Translations under genes and position numbers: made by a program
In this document: positions 14,465 through 26,279 of the stretch, one piece after another
Layout of the letters: every line of letters begins with the position of its first letter
Numbering within the stretch: position 1 is the stretch's first letter
NCBI GenBank assembly: GCA_951406725.2
Contig: OX597818.1
Span: 57,226,001-57,290,000, forward strand
Direction of reading: 5' to 3'
From: Octopus vulgaris
Taxonomy: Eukaryota
DNA: 64,000 nt
Notes under the pieces: generated by a model
Told to the model about the DNA's origin: nothing
Seen by the model: the letters and a program-made list of their open reading frames with translations, nothing else
Database searches by the model: none

Positions 14465-14660
14465 TTCTTTTTCTGCTGGAAGCACAGGGCCTTAAATTTT
14501 GGGGAAGGGATGATTAAGTCGATTACACCGATCCCAGTGCGTAACTGGTACTTATTTAATCTACCCTGAAAGGATGAAAGGCAAAGTCGACTTCGGTGGA
14601 ATTTGAACTCAGAACGTAGCGGCAGACGAAATACCGCTAGGCATTTCCCCAGCGCGCTAC
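13120..14660 (-). mobile_element. Cluster of ~5 family A SINE insertions separated by (AAT)n
   Basis: Repeated aaaggatgaaaggcaaagtcgac...gaatttgaactcagaacgta; heads near 13335, 13720, 14003, 14428, 14660. Confidence 0.9.
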
Positions 14661-15163
14661 CGCTTGTGATAACTCACTGTCTTAATAATAATAATAATCA
14701 TAAGAAGACGAAGAAGAAGAAAAAGAACAAGAATAAAAGAAAAGCCAGAACAGAGATTGCAACATAAGATTTGTACTTTAAGACTTTCATAAGAATTACA
14801 GTTAGGAAAACACAAGGTATTTTGATTGATTTGCCAATACAAAACATGTCTTTTATTAATATCATACATGCATGCATGCATACATACACACTACGTACGT
14901 GCATCTATATACATATGAGAAATGCTAATATTGCAAGTTTGAAGAGTGTTCTTGCCAGCCGAGAGATACTTTGCCGAAGATACGTAATCTTTAGTTAGTG
15001 AACAATAGTTCACTTCGCTCAATCAATTTTGATGGACAAGAGCATCTACGTTTGACAGCGATTTGAACTGCTCTAGTTCTATAGATCGATCCTGATTGAT
15101 TGGCGAGCAAGGCTTTTCGACAGCGTCTGTAGTAGAAGAACATCCATATATATATATACATTA

Positions 15164-15552
15164 CTAGCAGTATCGCCCGACGTTGCTTGGGTTTGTTTCG
15201 ACCCTTTAGAATTGGAATTTTTGAAAAGTAAAAATTCTGCATTATGTAGCTTGTTATTCTCCTTAAGTGAACAATTTTCTGGTTGAAATACACAGAAAAA
15301 TGCCGACACAGCAGTCGAAAAATGGTAAAAAATAGGGATTTTCATAGAACAAAAGCAGTTTTTGATGTAAATAATGTTTGGTGTTAACATGATCCGATTT
15401 CAAATTTTTCTTCTACAGAAGGAAGAGTAAGCCTTCTTCTATCATACTCTCAATTTTGGTCAACTTGCACCACAGGGACTCGGAGGAGATAGTGTTAGTT
15501 GAAGGCTACCAAACCTGCCATACACAGACAACTTCAGCTTTATATATATAGA
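15164..15552 (-). mobile_element. Non-autonomous Helitron family 1, complete
   Basis: 5' TC, 3' hairpin cccaagcaacgtcggg + gatactgCTAG, inserted between A and T. Confidence 0.85.
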
Positions 15553-15564
15553 GAGATAAATACA

Positions 15565-15626
<62 letters not shown>

Positions 15627-15644
15627 GTGTGTGTGTTATCTCTC

Positions 15645-16039
15645 TCTTTTTTCTCTTTTACTTGTTCCAGTCATTTGACTGCGGCCATGCTGGAGCACCG
15701 CTATTAGTCGAGCAAATCGACTGCAGAACTTATTCTTTTTAAGCCTAGTACTTATTCTATCGATCTATCTTACGGGGGCGTAAACACTCCAGCATCGGTT
15801 GTCGAGCGATGTTGGGGGGACACAGACACACAAACATATGCACACACACATATACACATACATACATATATATATACACGACGGGTTTCTTTCAATTTCC
15901 GTCTACCAAATCCACTCACAAGGCTTTGGTCGGCTCGAAGCTATAGTAGAAGACACTTGCCCAAGGTGTCACGCAATGGGACTGAACCCGGAACCATGTG
16001 GTTGGTAAGTAAGCTACTTACCACACAGCCACTCCTGCG

Positions 16040-16098
<59 letters not shown>

Positions 16099-16285
16099 TT
16101 TCATTCTTTTACATGTTTCAGTCATTTGGCTGTGGCCATGCTGAAGCACCAACTTTAGTCGAACAAATCAACCCCAGGACTTATTGTATCGGAATCTTTT
16201 GCCGAACCGCTAAATTACGGCGATGTAAACACACCAACATTGGTTGTCAAGCGATGGTGGTGAGTGGACAAACACAGACACAGAA

Positions 16286-16290
<5 letters not shown>
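15645..16290 (-). mobile_element. Two family B SINEs (15645-16041 near full; 16097-16290 3' half)
   Basis: Family homology. Confidence 0.88.
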
Positions 16291-16344
<54 letters not shown>

Positions 16345-16346
<2 letters not shown>

Positions 16347-16605
16347 AGAAAATGGAGAAACAATTCACTTGGTTCGTCAGGTTTCGGATATTAGAATGTT
16401 GACTGATTTATTTATTCATTTAACAAAAACGAGAATCTAAATTTACATTAAGATTTTTATAATTGTATTCTTATCTTATATGTATTGAATTATAATGTAT
16501 ATATGTATGTTATCAAGGTTCTCGTTTTTCTTAAATAAATAAATCAACATTCTAATATCCGAAACCTGATGAACCAACTAAATTGTTTGTCCGTTTTCTT
16601 ATTTG
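16345..16605. mobile_element. Foldback element next to (TA)n, with HHR-like core
   Basis: 16346-16437 inverted to 16518-16600; minus strand gaaac-CTGACGA-ac caa gt-GAA-tt-gtttc. Confidence 0.7.
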
Positions 16606-16789
16606 TATTATAAATTAATGGTAAAATATTTCTTTATCTTCACCCATTTAATACAATAAATGAAATAATTGCATTGCAATTAAAAACATTTGCGTATTAA
16701 GAATTTGGGTATTATACCAACAGTATATTGGATAAATATTATCCCTTAGTGGGTTGGATCCATAACCCCTAACTTAGCCACTACACACA

Positions 16790-16948
16790 TTTTTTTCTCT
16801 CCTTGTTTTTTCTGTGTACCTTTCTATAGAAGAGCGTAGGCTCGAAACGTGAAAGACTTTTTCTATTCCTGAGCGTTATACTAATACATCTGTTTGTTTT
16901 CTACACCACCTGTCTTCGTCTTTTGTTTTTTTCATAAACTTTCCCTTT
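16790..16948 (+). mobile_element. Short PLE-derived element with variant HHR
   Basis: cttt-CTATAGA-a-gagc gtag gctc-GAAA-cg-TG-aaag; ends in (TA)n. Confidence 0.7.
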
Positions 16949-16970
16949 ATATATATATATAATATATATA

Positions 16971-17353
16971 TCTTTATAGATAAAAGTGAAGTTGTGTGTC
17001 TGTCTCCTACGATTTAGATTCCTAACTACTCCCACATTTTGCGGTGCAGTGTAACCAAAAGCGGGTATCTTATAGTCGTGATTCATATCGAGCCCTTCTG
17101 GGTATTAGCGCGCGTCTACGATGAGTCTACGATTTAAAAGAAAATTACCATAATTTGTTTCCATTTTAAAGCATTTTTTCGCTATTATATAAGGGAAGTA
17201 ACTCTCTAAAAATGTGTACGATGAGTCAACGATTTAAAAAAAAATACCATCATTTTTTTGCATTTTTAATGCATTCTTTTGCTATAACTCTCTAAAAATG
17301 CTTATATAGTTATTTCCCTTACAAACCCGAGCAACGCCGGGCGATACTGCTAG
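16971..17353 (+). mobile_element. Non-autonomous Helitron family 2, complete
   Basis: A|TCtttata...cccgagcaacgccgggcgatactgCTAG|T. Confidence 0.88.
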
Positions 17354-17368
17354 TATATATATATATAT

Positions 17369-17445
17369 AATGTTGTGTTAACGACAAACAAGATGAGAAC
17401 ACATATCCGCCCAATGTAAATAATGTAAATAATGTAAATAATGTA
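17369..17445 (+). mobile_element. Tail of the tRNA-head/HHR element, truncated at stem III
   Basis: tgttgtgttaacgacaaacaagatgag...aatgtaaataatgta matches 2175-2225 and 48730-48788. Confidence 0.7.
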
Positions 17446-17664
17446 TATCATTCAATTTATTGGATATTCTAACAGCAGCGAAGGTAATGAAATTCTTATT
17501 AAACAGCATTGATGTTTTTTTGTTTCTCGTGGCGAATGGTTGTTCCTCTGATTGGTTTAAATGTGCTTAGGTTACGTTTGGTTTCGTTTATTATGTCCGT
17601 TGTGTGTGCTTTGAATATCATAGAAGTGTTGTTGTCTAAACCTATCGCTAGTTTTGTTGTTTAT

Positions 17665-17712
<48 letters not shown>

Positions 17713-17794
17713 ATGGCGTTTATATTGTTGCCTGTTAAAGTTGGCCGTATTTGATGTTCTCTTGTCTTGCTGGTAATGAGAGATTAAAGATAAA

Positions 17795-18105
17795 TGGGGG
17801 GGGGGGGGGTTAATGAGGGGGGGGTAGGGAAGAAAAAGGAATGGGAGGAAGTGAGAGTGAGAGGGAGGGACAGAGGGGATCGGAGGGAGGGATAGAGCGA
17901 GAGGGAGGAATGGAGAGAGGGGATGGGAGGGATAGTGAGATGGAGGGGGGAAGGGATAGAGGGAGGGGGAGGGATAGTGAGAGGAAGATGGGGAAGGGAT
18001 AGAGAGAGGGAGGGAGGGATGGAGAGAGAACGAAGGAGAGTGAACGAGGGAGAGAGAGCTGGAGAGAGATATATAGTGAGGTATGGAGAGAGAGAGAGAG
18101 AGAGA
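17795..18105. repeat. GA-rich polypurine low-complexity tract
   Basis: Direct reading. Confidence 0.9.
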
Positions 18106-18498
18106 AGGTGTTTAATCTGTTCTTGTAGAAATTGGTTTCCGGATGATTTAAATAGGGTTGGAGTAAATTGTACAGTAATGTTTGGAGAATTCTGGAAGGA
18201 TGTGTGTGTGTGTGTACGTTTGTGTGCATGTATGTGCATGTGAGTATGTGTGCGTGTGTGTTTTAAGTAATCTGTATATTAAACAGTTTGTCTTATGGAG
18301 AAAGACCCGCATAAATAGTTTGAAAAAAGCGAGCGAGAGAAAGGACCCTTGTGGCACAAGCATCGAGGTGTTGGTCTGGAAGGATTGTTATTGTATTTTA
18401 ACATAGGACTAATGGCTAGACTGGTAGCTTACTATCGTGAAGTGCATAATTTGTTTTATTGGACGGCAGGGAAAATTAGTCGAAGACTTTGCGAATAT

Positions 18499-19293
18499 TC
18501 TTTTCTACTCTAGACACAAGGTCCGAAATTTTTGGGGAGGGGACCAGTCGATTAGATAGACCCCGGTATGCAACTGGCACTTAATTTATCGACCCTGAAA
18601 GGACGAAAGGCAAAGTCGACCTTGGTGGAATTTGAACTCAGAACGTATCGGCAGACGAAATACCTATTTCTTTACTACAAGGGGCTAAACACAGAGAGGA
18701 CAAACAAGGACAGACAAACGGATTAAATCGATTACATCGACTCCAGTGCGTAACTGGTTCTTAATTTATCGACCCCGAAAGGATGAAAGGCAAAGTCGAC
18801 CTCGGCGGAATTTGAACTCAGAACGTAATGAAAGACGAAATACCTATTTGTTTACTGCCCACAAGGGGCTAAACACAGAGGGGACAAACAAGGACAGATA
18901 AACGGATTAAATCGATTACATCGACCCCAGTGCGTAACTGGTTCTTAATTTATCGACCCCGAAAGGATGAAAGGCAAAGTCGACGTTGGCGGAATTTGAA
19001 CTCGGAACGTAATGAAAGACGAAATACCGCTAAGCATTTCGCCCGGCGTGCTAACGTTTATTTCTTTATTGCCCACAAGGGACTAAACATACAGGGGACA
19101 AAAAAGGACAGACAAAGGGATTAAGTCGATTACATCGACCCCAGTGCGTAACTGGTACTTAATTTATCGACCCCGTAGGAATGAAAAGCAAAGTCGACCT
19201 CGGCGGAATATGAACTCAGAACGTAAAGACAGACGAAATACCGCTATGCATTTCATCCTGCGTGCTAACGTTTCTGCCAGCTCGCTTCCTTAA
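18499..19293 (-). mobile_element. Family A SINE concatemer (4 units) with one TSD
   Basis: TSD ctttgcgaatat at 18487 and 19296. Confidence 0.9.
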
Positions 19294-19318
19294 GGCTTTG
19301 CGAATATTGATGTCATTT

Positions 19319-19500
19319 AAGGCGGTGACATGGTAGAATCGTTAAACGTCGGGCAAAATTCTTAGCGGCATTCCGTTCGTCATTACGTTCCGAGTTCAAA
19401 TTCCAGCGAGGTCATCATTGTCTTTCATCTCTTCGGAGTCAGTGTAATCGACTTACCTGTCCCTAAAATTATCGATCTTGTGCCAGATTTCGAAACCATT
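19319..19500 (+). mobile_element. Older diverged family A SINE
   Basis: aaggcggtgacatggtagaatcgtta...gagttcaaattcc. Confidence 0.75.
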
Positions 19501-20118
19501 ATTAATGCCGGTTAGAATAGTAACTTATGAGAGGATTTCAGTCTTGAAACCACCGGTTTGCGAGTTGTGGGATGGTTGTGATTGTGCTTAGCCACCAAAA
19601 TCGGTGTTGTGATTTGTTAGGGGAACGTGTGAGTTAGTGAAATCAAGGATAAAATTTTCTAGAATTTCAGAAGGTGCGCGTTGGAATGGTAAGGTCTGTA
19701 CGATGTTAATTCATTTGAATTGTAATAGAATTAAGAACTGCAATAATATTGCAGATTCATAGAAATTAACAGTGATGATACGAGTAATTATATATCTTGG
19801 CTATCATAGAAAGTCCTTCAGGCTTAATGCATTCTCGGGTTACATGTTTGTAATTTTATCAGGCCCTAAGGCTTTTGAGGTATTAGATTTTTTTCCATTG
19901 CAATTTGGAGTTTTTGATTGAAAGAAGGAAACAAAATCATGGCCAAAGTGTAAAGTAGGTATATTTTGTTTTGTGTCTGTTGTTTTTTATAAAGCTTTTC
20001 GTTATTGATTTTCGAGAATTATACAAAAGTGTTCCAGGCGTGACTGTGCATTTAAGAAGTTTGCTTCCTAGTCATAAAGTTTCTGGTTCGGTCCAACTTC
20101 TGGCATTATAGGCAAGTG

Positions 20119-20155
<37 letters not shown>

Positions 20156-20189
20156 TAGGGAGAGAGAGAGAGAGAGAGATATATAGATA

Positions 20190-20482
20190 TCGCAATGGTC
20201 CAGTGGAAAGGGCAGCGGACTCGCGGTCGTAGGATCGCGGTTTCGATTACCAGACTGGGCGTTGCGAGTGGTTATTGAGCGAAAACACCCGAGGCTCCGG
20301 CAGGGGGTGATGGCGATCCCTGCTGTACTCTTTCGCCACAACTTTCGCTCACTCTTTCTTCTGTTGGCCTGCTCGCTTAGCCAGCGGGATGGCGTCATTT
20401 GAAGGCTAAAAACAATGCGAAGCGCATTGTGACCAGCGATCTGTTGCAACATCTGATAGCCTGGTCGGTCACGGTGATCACA

Positions 20483-20485
<3 letters not shown>
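20190..20485 (+). mobile_element. SINE family C (tRNA-Arg-like head), alternative tail
   Basis: cgcaatggtccagtgg..gcagcggactcgcggtcgtaggatcgcggtttcgatt. Confidence 0.85.
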
Positions 20486-20533
<48 letters not shown>

Positions 20534-20714
20534 CTATGTTTACATGTTTATCGCCCTCAAATTATTTTCCATTTGAAACAATGCATCGGTCCAGACGCGT
20601 TTTCCTTCACAATTAGGAATATGCAGCCTTCGAAACATATGTCGAAAATAAAGGAAATTTGTTAATTTGTCGTTCAACTCCATTCTTTCATTTATTCATA
20701 AATTTTATAAATAA

Positions 20715-20756
<42 letters not shown>

Positions 20757-20757
<1 letters not shown>

Positions 20758-22260
20758 GTTTACATGTTTACATTTTTATCGCCCTCAAATTACTTTCCAT
20801 TTGAAGCAATGCATCGGTCCAGACGCGTTCTCCACTGTTCGAAGCAGTCCTGGAACTCTTGCGAAGTGATACTTTTGAACTCCCCCGTCGTTTATTTTCT
20901 TCACCTCTTCCAAATCTGCAAAAAGTTTTCCTTTAAGAACGTTTTTCATTCAGGGTAACAAGATCAGTGACTAGAGGAGGCGGGTGATGCCATTTTGGGT
21001 CAAAAACTGTCCCACACTCATGGCGGTGTCTACAGGCGTATTGTCATGATGAAATCCCCACTCTCCACTTTGCCACTGGTCGTGGCGTTTTCGTCTCATC
21101 GCCTCTCGCAAACGCTCCAAAACTGACAAGCAAAATGTCTGGTTAACAGTTTGACCAGGAGGAACAAATTCTGTGTGGACAATTCCTCTCGCATCGATGA
21201 AACAAACTAGCGTCGTCTTGATATTGGACTTCACTTTTTATTGGACGCACGTTTTACGGGTGAGATGACATTGAATGATTCCATTGACTTAATTGCTGCA
21301 TCGTTTCCGGGTCGTAGCCGTAGCAACAACATCCATCAACAGTGATGACCTTCAAAAAAAGGTCCGAACCACCTTCCATCTGTTCTTTCAGTTCACTTTC
21401 AATAAAAAAATTCCAAATTGCAATGGAAAAAATCCAATACCTCAAAAGCCTTAGGGCCAGATAAAATTACAAACATGTAACCCGAGAATGCATTAAGCCT
21501 GAAGGACTTTCTATGATAGCCAAGATATATAATTATTCGTGTCATCACTGTTAATTTCTATGAATCTGAATGTTCAGCAATATTATTGCAATTCTTAATT
21601 CTATTACAATTCAAATGAATTAACATCGTACAGACCTTACCAATCCTACGCGCACCTTCTGAAATTCTAGAAAATTTTAGCTTTAATTTCACTAACTTAC
21701 ACGTTCCCCTAACAAAAAGCAACACCGATTTTGGTGGCTAAGCACCATCACGACCATCTCACAACTCGCGCACCTTCTGAAATTCTAGAAAATTTTATCC
21801 TTAGTCGTGACTACTTTTGATCTTCTGTGAGCAAGTGAGGCACAAATTTTTCTGCGACTCTTTTCATTCGCAATTCCTCGCTCAAAATTCATTGCCAGGA
21901 GCTCCAGGACATACCAGTCATCTCAACAATTTCATCAATTGTTCGGCGATGGTCCTCCAAGATCAGTTCACGAAGTTTCGTGATGTTTTCGTTCGTCCGG
22001 GGGGGTCGATGGTCGTCGTGAACGAGGTTGGTCTTCAAGAGACAATTGGCCATTTCTATAACGTGAAAACCACTCATAAACTTGCGTTTTACTCATAGCA
22101 GCATCCCTGTAAGCTGTTTGAAACAAGACAACTTTTTCGGCCGCCGTTTTCCCCAGCAGAAAAACAGAATTTCACGGAAGCACGTTGTTCCTTCGTTTCA
22201 GCCGTCACCGACAGAGGAGATGCATTGCAAAACAAAGAAACAGCACGTGGCAGTACGAGT
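20757..22260 (-). pseudogene. Decayed mariner transposase (irritans-like), interrupted at 21396-21802
   Basis: FIDARGIVHTEFVPPGQTVN..HHDNTP, VITVD..YGYDPET, EDHRRTIDEI (HTH), C-terminal RCIASNG.FEG; 3' end partly duplicated at 20535-20623. Confidence 0.88.
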
Positions 22261-22272
22261 TCTCAGAGAACT

Positions 22273-22320
22273 GGTAGACGGTAACTAAAAGAGGCCCGTC
22301 GTATATGTGTGTATATATAT

Positions 22321-22351
<31 letters not shown>

Positions 22352-22597
22352 GTGTGTGTGTGTGTGTAATTATGTATGTGTATATGTTTGTGTGTCTGTG
22401 TTTTTCACCCCTACAACACTTGACAACCGATGCTGGTGTGTTTACGTCCCCGTAACTTAGCGGTTCGGTACAAGAAACCGATAGCATAAGTACTAGGCTT
22501 ACAAAAGATAAGTCCTGCAGTCGATTTGTTCGACTCAAGGCGGTGCCCCAGCATGGCCGCAGGGAAATGTCTGAAACAAGCAAAAGAATAAAAGAAT
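22273..22597 (+). mobile_element. Family B SINE, 5'-truncated
   Basis: Family homology. Confidence 0.85.
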
Positions 22598-22617
22598 ATT
22601 GTTTGAATACAGTTATC

Positions 22618-22848
22618 CGTTTCTTTACTACACACAATGGGCTAAACACAGAGAGAACAAACAAAGACAGACAAACGGATTAAGTCGATTACATCGACCC
22701 CAGTGCGTAACTGGTACTTAATTTATCGACCCCGAAAGGATGAAAGGCAAAGTCGACCTCGGCGGAATTTGAACTCAGAACGTAACGACAGACGAAATAC
22801 AACTACGCATTTCGCCCGGCGTGCTAACGGTTCTGCCAGCTCGCCGCC
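22618..22848 (-). mobile_element. Family A SINE monomer
   Basis: Family homology. Confidence 0.9.
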
Positions 22849-23151
22849 TCATTGAATACAGTTTGAATACCCAGTTTGAATACAGCTCGCCCCCTGTTTG
22901 AATACAGTTATCGCATTATCAAATCTTGTGATTTGAGTATTGAATTCTGAAAACCTTTATTCTGTTTCTGAGAGGAATTCGTTTCCTGGTCCTTTTTTTT
23001 TTTGTAATTTATGAAAACGTTTTTCTGATTCCTTCATTGACGGGCGACTATTATGCTAAGTTGTTGTTTCTGTTGATCAGGTTGATTCAGATACCTCCAA
23101 TGGGAACCGAATAGGATTCGAAAGTCAATGAAACCTGTTTGCCATGTTTTT

Positions 23152-23550
23152 AAGGCGGCGAGCTGACAAAATCGTTAGCATGCCGGGCGAAATGCGTAGC
23201 CGTATTTCGTCTGCCGTTACGTTCTGAGTTCAAATTCCGCCGAGGTCGACTTTGCCTTTCATCCTTTCGGGGTCCATTAAATAAGTACCAGTTACCCACT
23301 GGGGTCGATATAATCGTTTGTTTGTCCTTGTTTGTCCCCTCTGTGTTTATCCCCTTTTGGGTAGTAACGAAATAGGTATTTCGTCTGCCGTTACGTTCTG
23401 AGTTCAAATTCTGCCGAGGTCGACTTTGCCTTTCATCCTTTCGGGGTCTATTAAATAAGTACCAGTTACCCACTGGGGTCGATATAATCGTTTGTTTGTC
23501 CTTGTTTGTCCCCTCTGTGTTTAGCCCCTTGTAGGTAGTAAAGAAATAGG
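23152..23550 (+). mobile_element. Family A SINE dimer
   Basis: Family homology; gaaata|ggtatttcgtc junction. Confidence 0.9.
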
Positions 23551-24736
23551 TAAGTTGTTTCTGTTGACTTCAAGAGATATAAGTGTGCTCCTGCCAATTG
23601 TTTTAAGATGTAAAATAGGTTGAGTTGTAACGACAATAAGTAACCTCCCGAGTTGTCTTGTTATATTTGAAAGTCAGGAGGTGTTGTTTGCATTGAAATC
23701 TTCAGTTATGGAGCATATGAAAGAGTTAAATCACTACAGCTGAGGTGTGTATTCTGACAAACGTGTCTTTGATACCGTTAATGCAATATTGCAGCGCTTT
23801 TAAATTTTTAAAGTTACGTTTTCAAAATGTACTTTTGTGGGTAACATTTATTTTTAATTGCATTCTGTGTGAAGTCTTGAAATTGTAAACAGAGTTAATG
23901 AAAGAACTGTTTTCTCAACGTTGTTATTGCTGTAATTATATTTTGCAAAGTGCATTTATTCTGGGTTATTTGGAAATGTTTTTGTTTGGTGCAAACTTTT
24001 GTTTGTATTTCGAAAACGATGTTTTAAGGATCACTTCTTAAAGTTATATAGCTTCGATCGTTCTCCGATGGTTTACACAATATTCCCATGTGTCAGCCAG
24101 CTTTTTACTTGTGACTACCCTGTCTTCTGTTCTGGTATATTTAGTATTAGTTTATTTTGTATATTTAACCATTTTAAAGCTGGTCGGATATCGTTTGAGA
24201 AAAGTTTTGCGCAAATTACTTCACGTCGAGCGCAACCGTATAGTCACTCACCCGTTGCGGTCTCCCTCGTGTAATTCGTGGAGTTTAGCACGGGAGCCTC
24301 TTCACTCGACTGCAATAAACGACAGCCGGTTTTACACACACGTGCGCGCGCACACTCACACACATTAACATGTCTCTGTATGCGCGAATATGATGTGTAT
24401 CTGTAATACATACATATACATATATGCATGCATTCGTACATACATACATACATGAAACACATAAAATTCAGGATGATTTCGTCAAACCAGTGTTTCCCAA
24501 ATTTTTCGCACCAGATTGAACTATCGCCCACCTATCAGCCAAAAAATGCTTCATCACCCACCTGTGTAAAAACAAAAACCCTAACACAACCACCCCAACA
24601 AAAAATCCCCTACCTTCCCTCCGTATCATTTGACATACACTATATCTAGACTCGTTGCTCTGTTAGTGCCGTTTGGACTAAATATGCGGGTCTTTACAAA
24701 TCCCTTAATGTGGGTTTAGTTTTGTCAGTAGTGTCA

Positions 24737-24921
24737 ACAAGGACAGACAGACGGATTAAGTCGATTATATCGACCCCAGTGCGTAACTGGTACTGTACTT
24801 ATTTCATCGAACCCGAAAGGATGAAAGGCAAAGTCGACCTCGGCGGAATTTGAACTCAGAACATAACGGCAGACGAAATACGGCTACGCATTTCACCCGG
24901 CGTGCTAACGTTTCTGCCAGA
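24737..24921 (-). mobile_element. Truncated family A SINE flanked by a ~97-bp direct duplication
   Basis: 24638-24735 repeated at 24924-25021. Confidence 0.85.
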
Positions 24922-25179
24922 TCACTATATCGTAGACTTGTTGCCCTTTTAGTGCCGTCTGGACTAAATATGCGGTTCTTTACAAATCCCTTAATGCGGG
25001 TTTAGTTTTGTCAGTAGTGTCCATAAAATTCTAACGTTAGCTCTATATTTTTCAGACAGATTAACTTCTGGTCCTTACGCTTTCTTTTACACAGATTTTC
25101 ATTTCCCCCAAATGAACCATTGATCAGAACTAACGATGCAACAATAATTAATGATTGTATTATAAAGGAAAAAGAATAA

Positions 25180-25285
25180 AACTTTTAAATGAGAACCATG
25201 TGTCTGGTGCGATGCAGCCAGTGCAGATACATTGGGTTTCAAACTTGGCAACTTTAACCGCAAGTCTTCTCTTTGTGTCAATAGA
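25180..25285 (-). pseudogene. hAT (Buster/Charlie-like) transposase C-terminal relic
   Basis: DLRLKLPSLKPNVSALAASHQTHGSH resembles the DLRLxLS..P.I..L....Q...SH terminus. Confidence 0.6.
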
Positions 25286-25429
25286 GAAAGGGCCGGTTTC
25301 TAACCTCGATCCCAAACTCCTCCATTGGAATTTCAACATCAACAACATGGTATTTTTGTCTGTCTGTCTGTATGTATATGTGCAGATTTGTATGCTTTGT
25401 TTTATGTATGTATTCTCATGCATATAGTT

Positions 25430-26090
25430 TCATATCTAGACATGCTCATATCTATTTAAATGATAATCTTACGGAAAAGTTTTACAGATTTTCGCAGTTC
25501 CAGTGATGGATTGGACCTGTAGCCTTCGAATTAGCTTTCTCCTTTCTGGTTTTGAGAAGCCTAATTTCTCAAGAGTAATATTTAGGCAGTGTGTTACCTA
25601 TCCGAGGGCCCCATAATTAAAGGTATAAAACTGAACTTATAACCTGGATCGAGTAACTGCAGATTTCTCAATAGTTCAGCTTAGGTATTCTCTTTTTCAC
25701 TGATCTTCAGCCTTATGTTAACATCTGCTGGGCAGCTAATTTCCACAACTGTACACAGTTTCTCTTCTTTATCCCAAATCATTATATCAGGTCCGTTACT
25801 ACTTACATTTTTATTGAGGTATTCACTGGGACATTCCACCGTTACTCCTTTTTATTATGAGTGGCTCTGGCTTTTACCATACTATGGGTTCTTATTTCTT
25901 TGTCCTCGGGATTATCCTTCCGACGAATTTCATTATAGAGTGTCCTAGCTACAACATCGTGTCCCGTCGGTAGATAATACCGTGATGACATTTTCGGACA
26001 ACTGCTTATAATGTGGGTGATATCTTTGGTGTTAACTCCACAAAGTTGCTTCGGTTGTCATATTTTACTGCTTTTCCCGCATCTCTATCT
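25430..26090 (-). pseudogene. 3' part of a non-LTR retrotransposon with restriction-like endonuclease
   Basis: CGVNTKDITHIISSCPKM..HDVVA (CCHC knuckle), PDIMIWDKEEKLCTVVEISCPADVN..EK (PD..D/E), IPLIMG, QSITGTAKICKTF. Confidence 0.85.
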
Positions 26091-26279
26091 CTTTTCTGTA
26101 TGAGGTATTTGGTTTGTATGTATGAATGTATGTATGTTCTTTAATCGTTCTGGTTTTACTGCGCGCTCTGACACAAAGAGCATTTCTGCATCCCCGTGCA
26201 CAGATATAATGTGATCACATATGTTAGTTAACTCATAGGTATCCTGACATATATAAGTATGTGTGTGTGCATATATATG

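Larger units (their letters stand above)
17480..24300 (-). pseudogene. Highly decayed AP-endonuclease LINE (Jockey/I-like), fragmented by nested insertions
   Basis: Minus-strand relics: TWNIV (~24085), EDFNA (~23700), KALGPDKI (~19870), SYRP..APSEILENFI (~19680), KVFD (~18485), VPQGSFLSLAFFKLFM (18310-18360). Confidence 0.7.
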
